Shown here one piece after another: positions 63,838 to 64,000 of a stretch of 64,000 nucleotides of DNA; position 1 is the first letter of the stretch, and every line of letters begins with the position of its first letter. The translations under genes were made by a program, and so were the position numbers. Where the stretch lies: assembly GCA_003971905.1 (NCBI GenBank), contig RSEE01000160.1, forward strand, positions 1-64,000. The letters are read 5' to 3'. Below the pieces are notes generated by a model. The model was not told where the DNA came from. It saw only the letters and a list, made by a program, of their open reading frames with translations, and searched no databases. This DNA is from Moniliella sp. 'wahieum'. Its lineage: Eukaryota.

Positions 63838-64000
63838 TCACCTGGCCAAGTGGTAGTCGTCAATGCGAAGCAGGAGCGAAACCGTCTCGGTCGCCAGCTC
63901 AATGGCCGATGTGTTGACCAGCAAAGGCTGCAGGACATTCTCTTCGAGAATGTTGGTGATGGTACCCTTGCGCACGTTGATCCCAGCGGTCGTCGCCCTG
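63838..64000 (-). CDS. CCT4: T-complex protein 1 subunit delta, 3' end (partial)
   Basis: Minus strand reads [50 protein letters not shown]. Confidence 0.88.
   Translation of the reverse strand, partial: RATTAGINVRKGTITNILEENVLQPLLVNTSAIELATETVSLLLRIDDYHLAR

Overview
Eukaryotic, GC-rich, intron-containing fungal DNA. It is most likely a basidiomycete, probably Ustilaginomycotina, inferred from protein style and GTACGT/GTGCGT...CTRAC...YAG introns. Nearly every gene is broken by 1-2 nt indels, including essential ones (TOM40, pyruvate kinase, beta-adaptin). I read these as long-read assembly errors, so gene ends are approximate. Positions ~1-8 kb are a transposon graveyard: a CACTA-like remnant, a LINE-like remnant and a clean solo LTR at 6546-7412 with a GACCC target-site duplication. 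Positions ~8-60 kb hold housekeeping genes: an F-box-like protein, CNT nucleoside transporter, DH-like protein, Sfp/LYS5 PPTase, TOM40, pyruvate kinase, Nrg1-like C2H2 TF, GT90/CAP10, DUF1769, AP-2 beta, ACO2-type aconitase, mL40, pterin-4a-carbinolamine dehydratase, SNF12/BAF60, an amino-acid permease, glucosidase I and an IRC20/SHPRH helicase. A short TE-remnant block follows, then RPS1 and the 3' end of CCT4. The most interesting observation is that the Aco2-type aconitase runs with no stop or intergenic space into a mitochondrial-presequence-like linker and then mitoribosomal protein mL40 (MRPL28). This suggests a cleavable Aco2-mL40 polyprotein, analogous to but with a different partner than the S. 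pombe Aco2-bL21 fusion. The adjacent PCD looks bacterial (PhhB-like).
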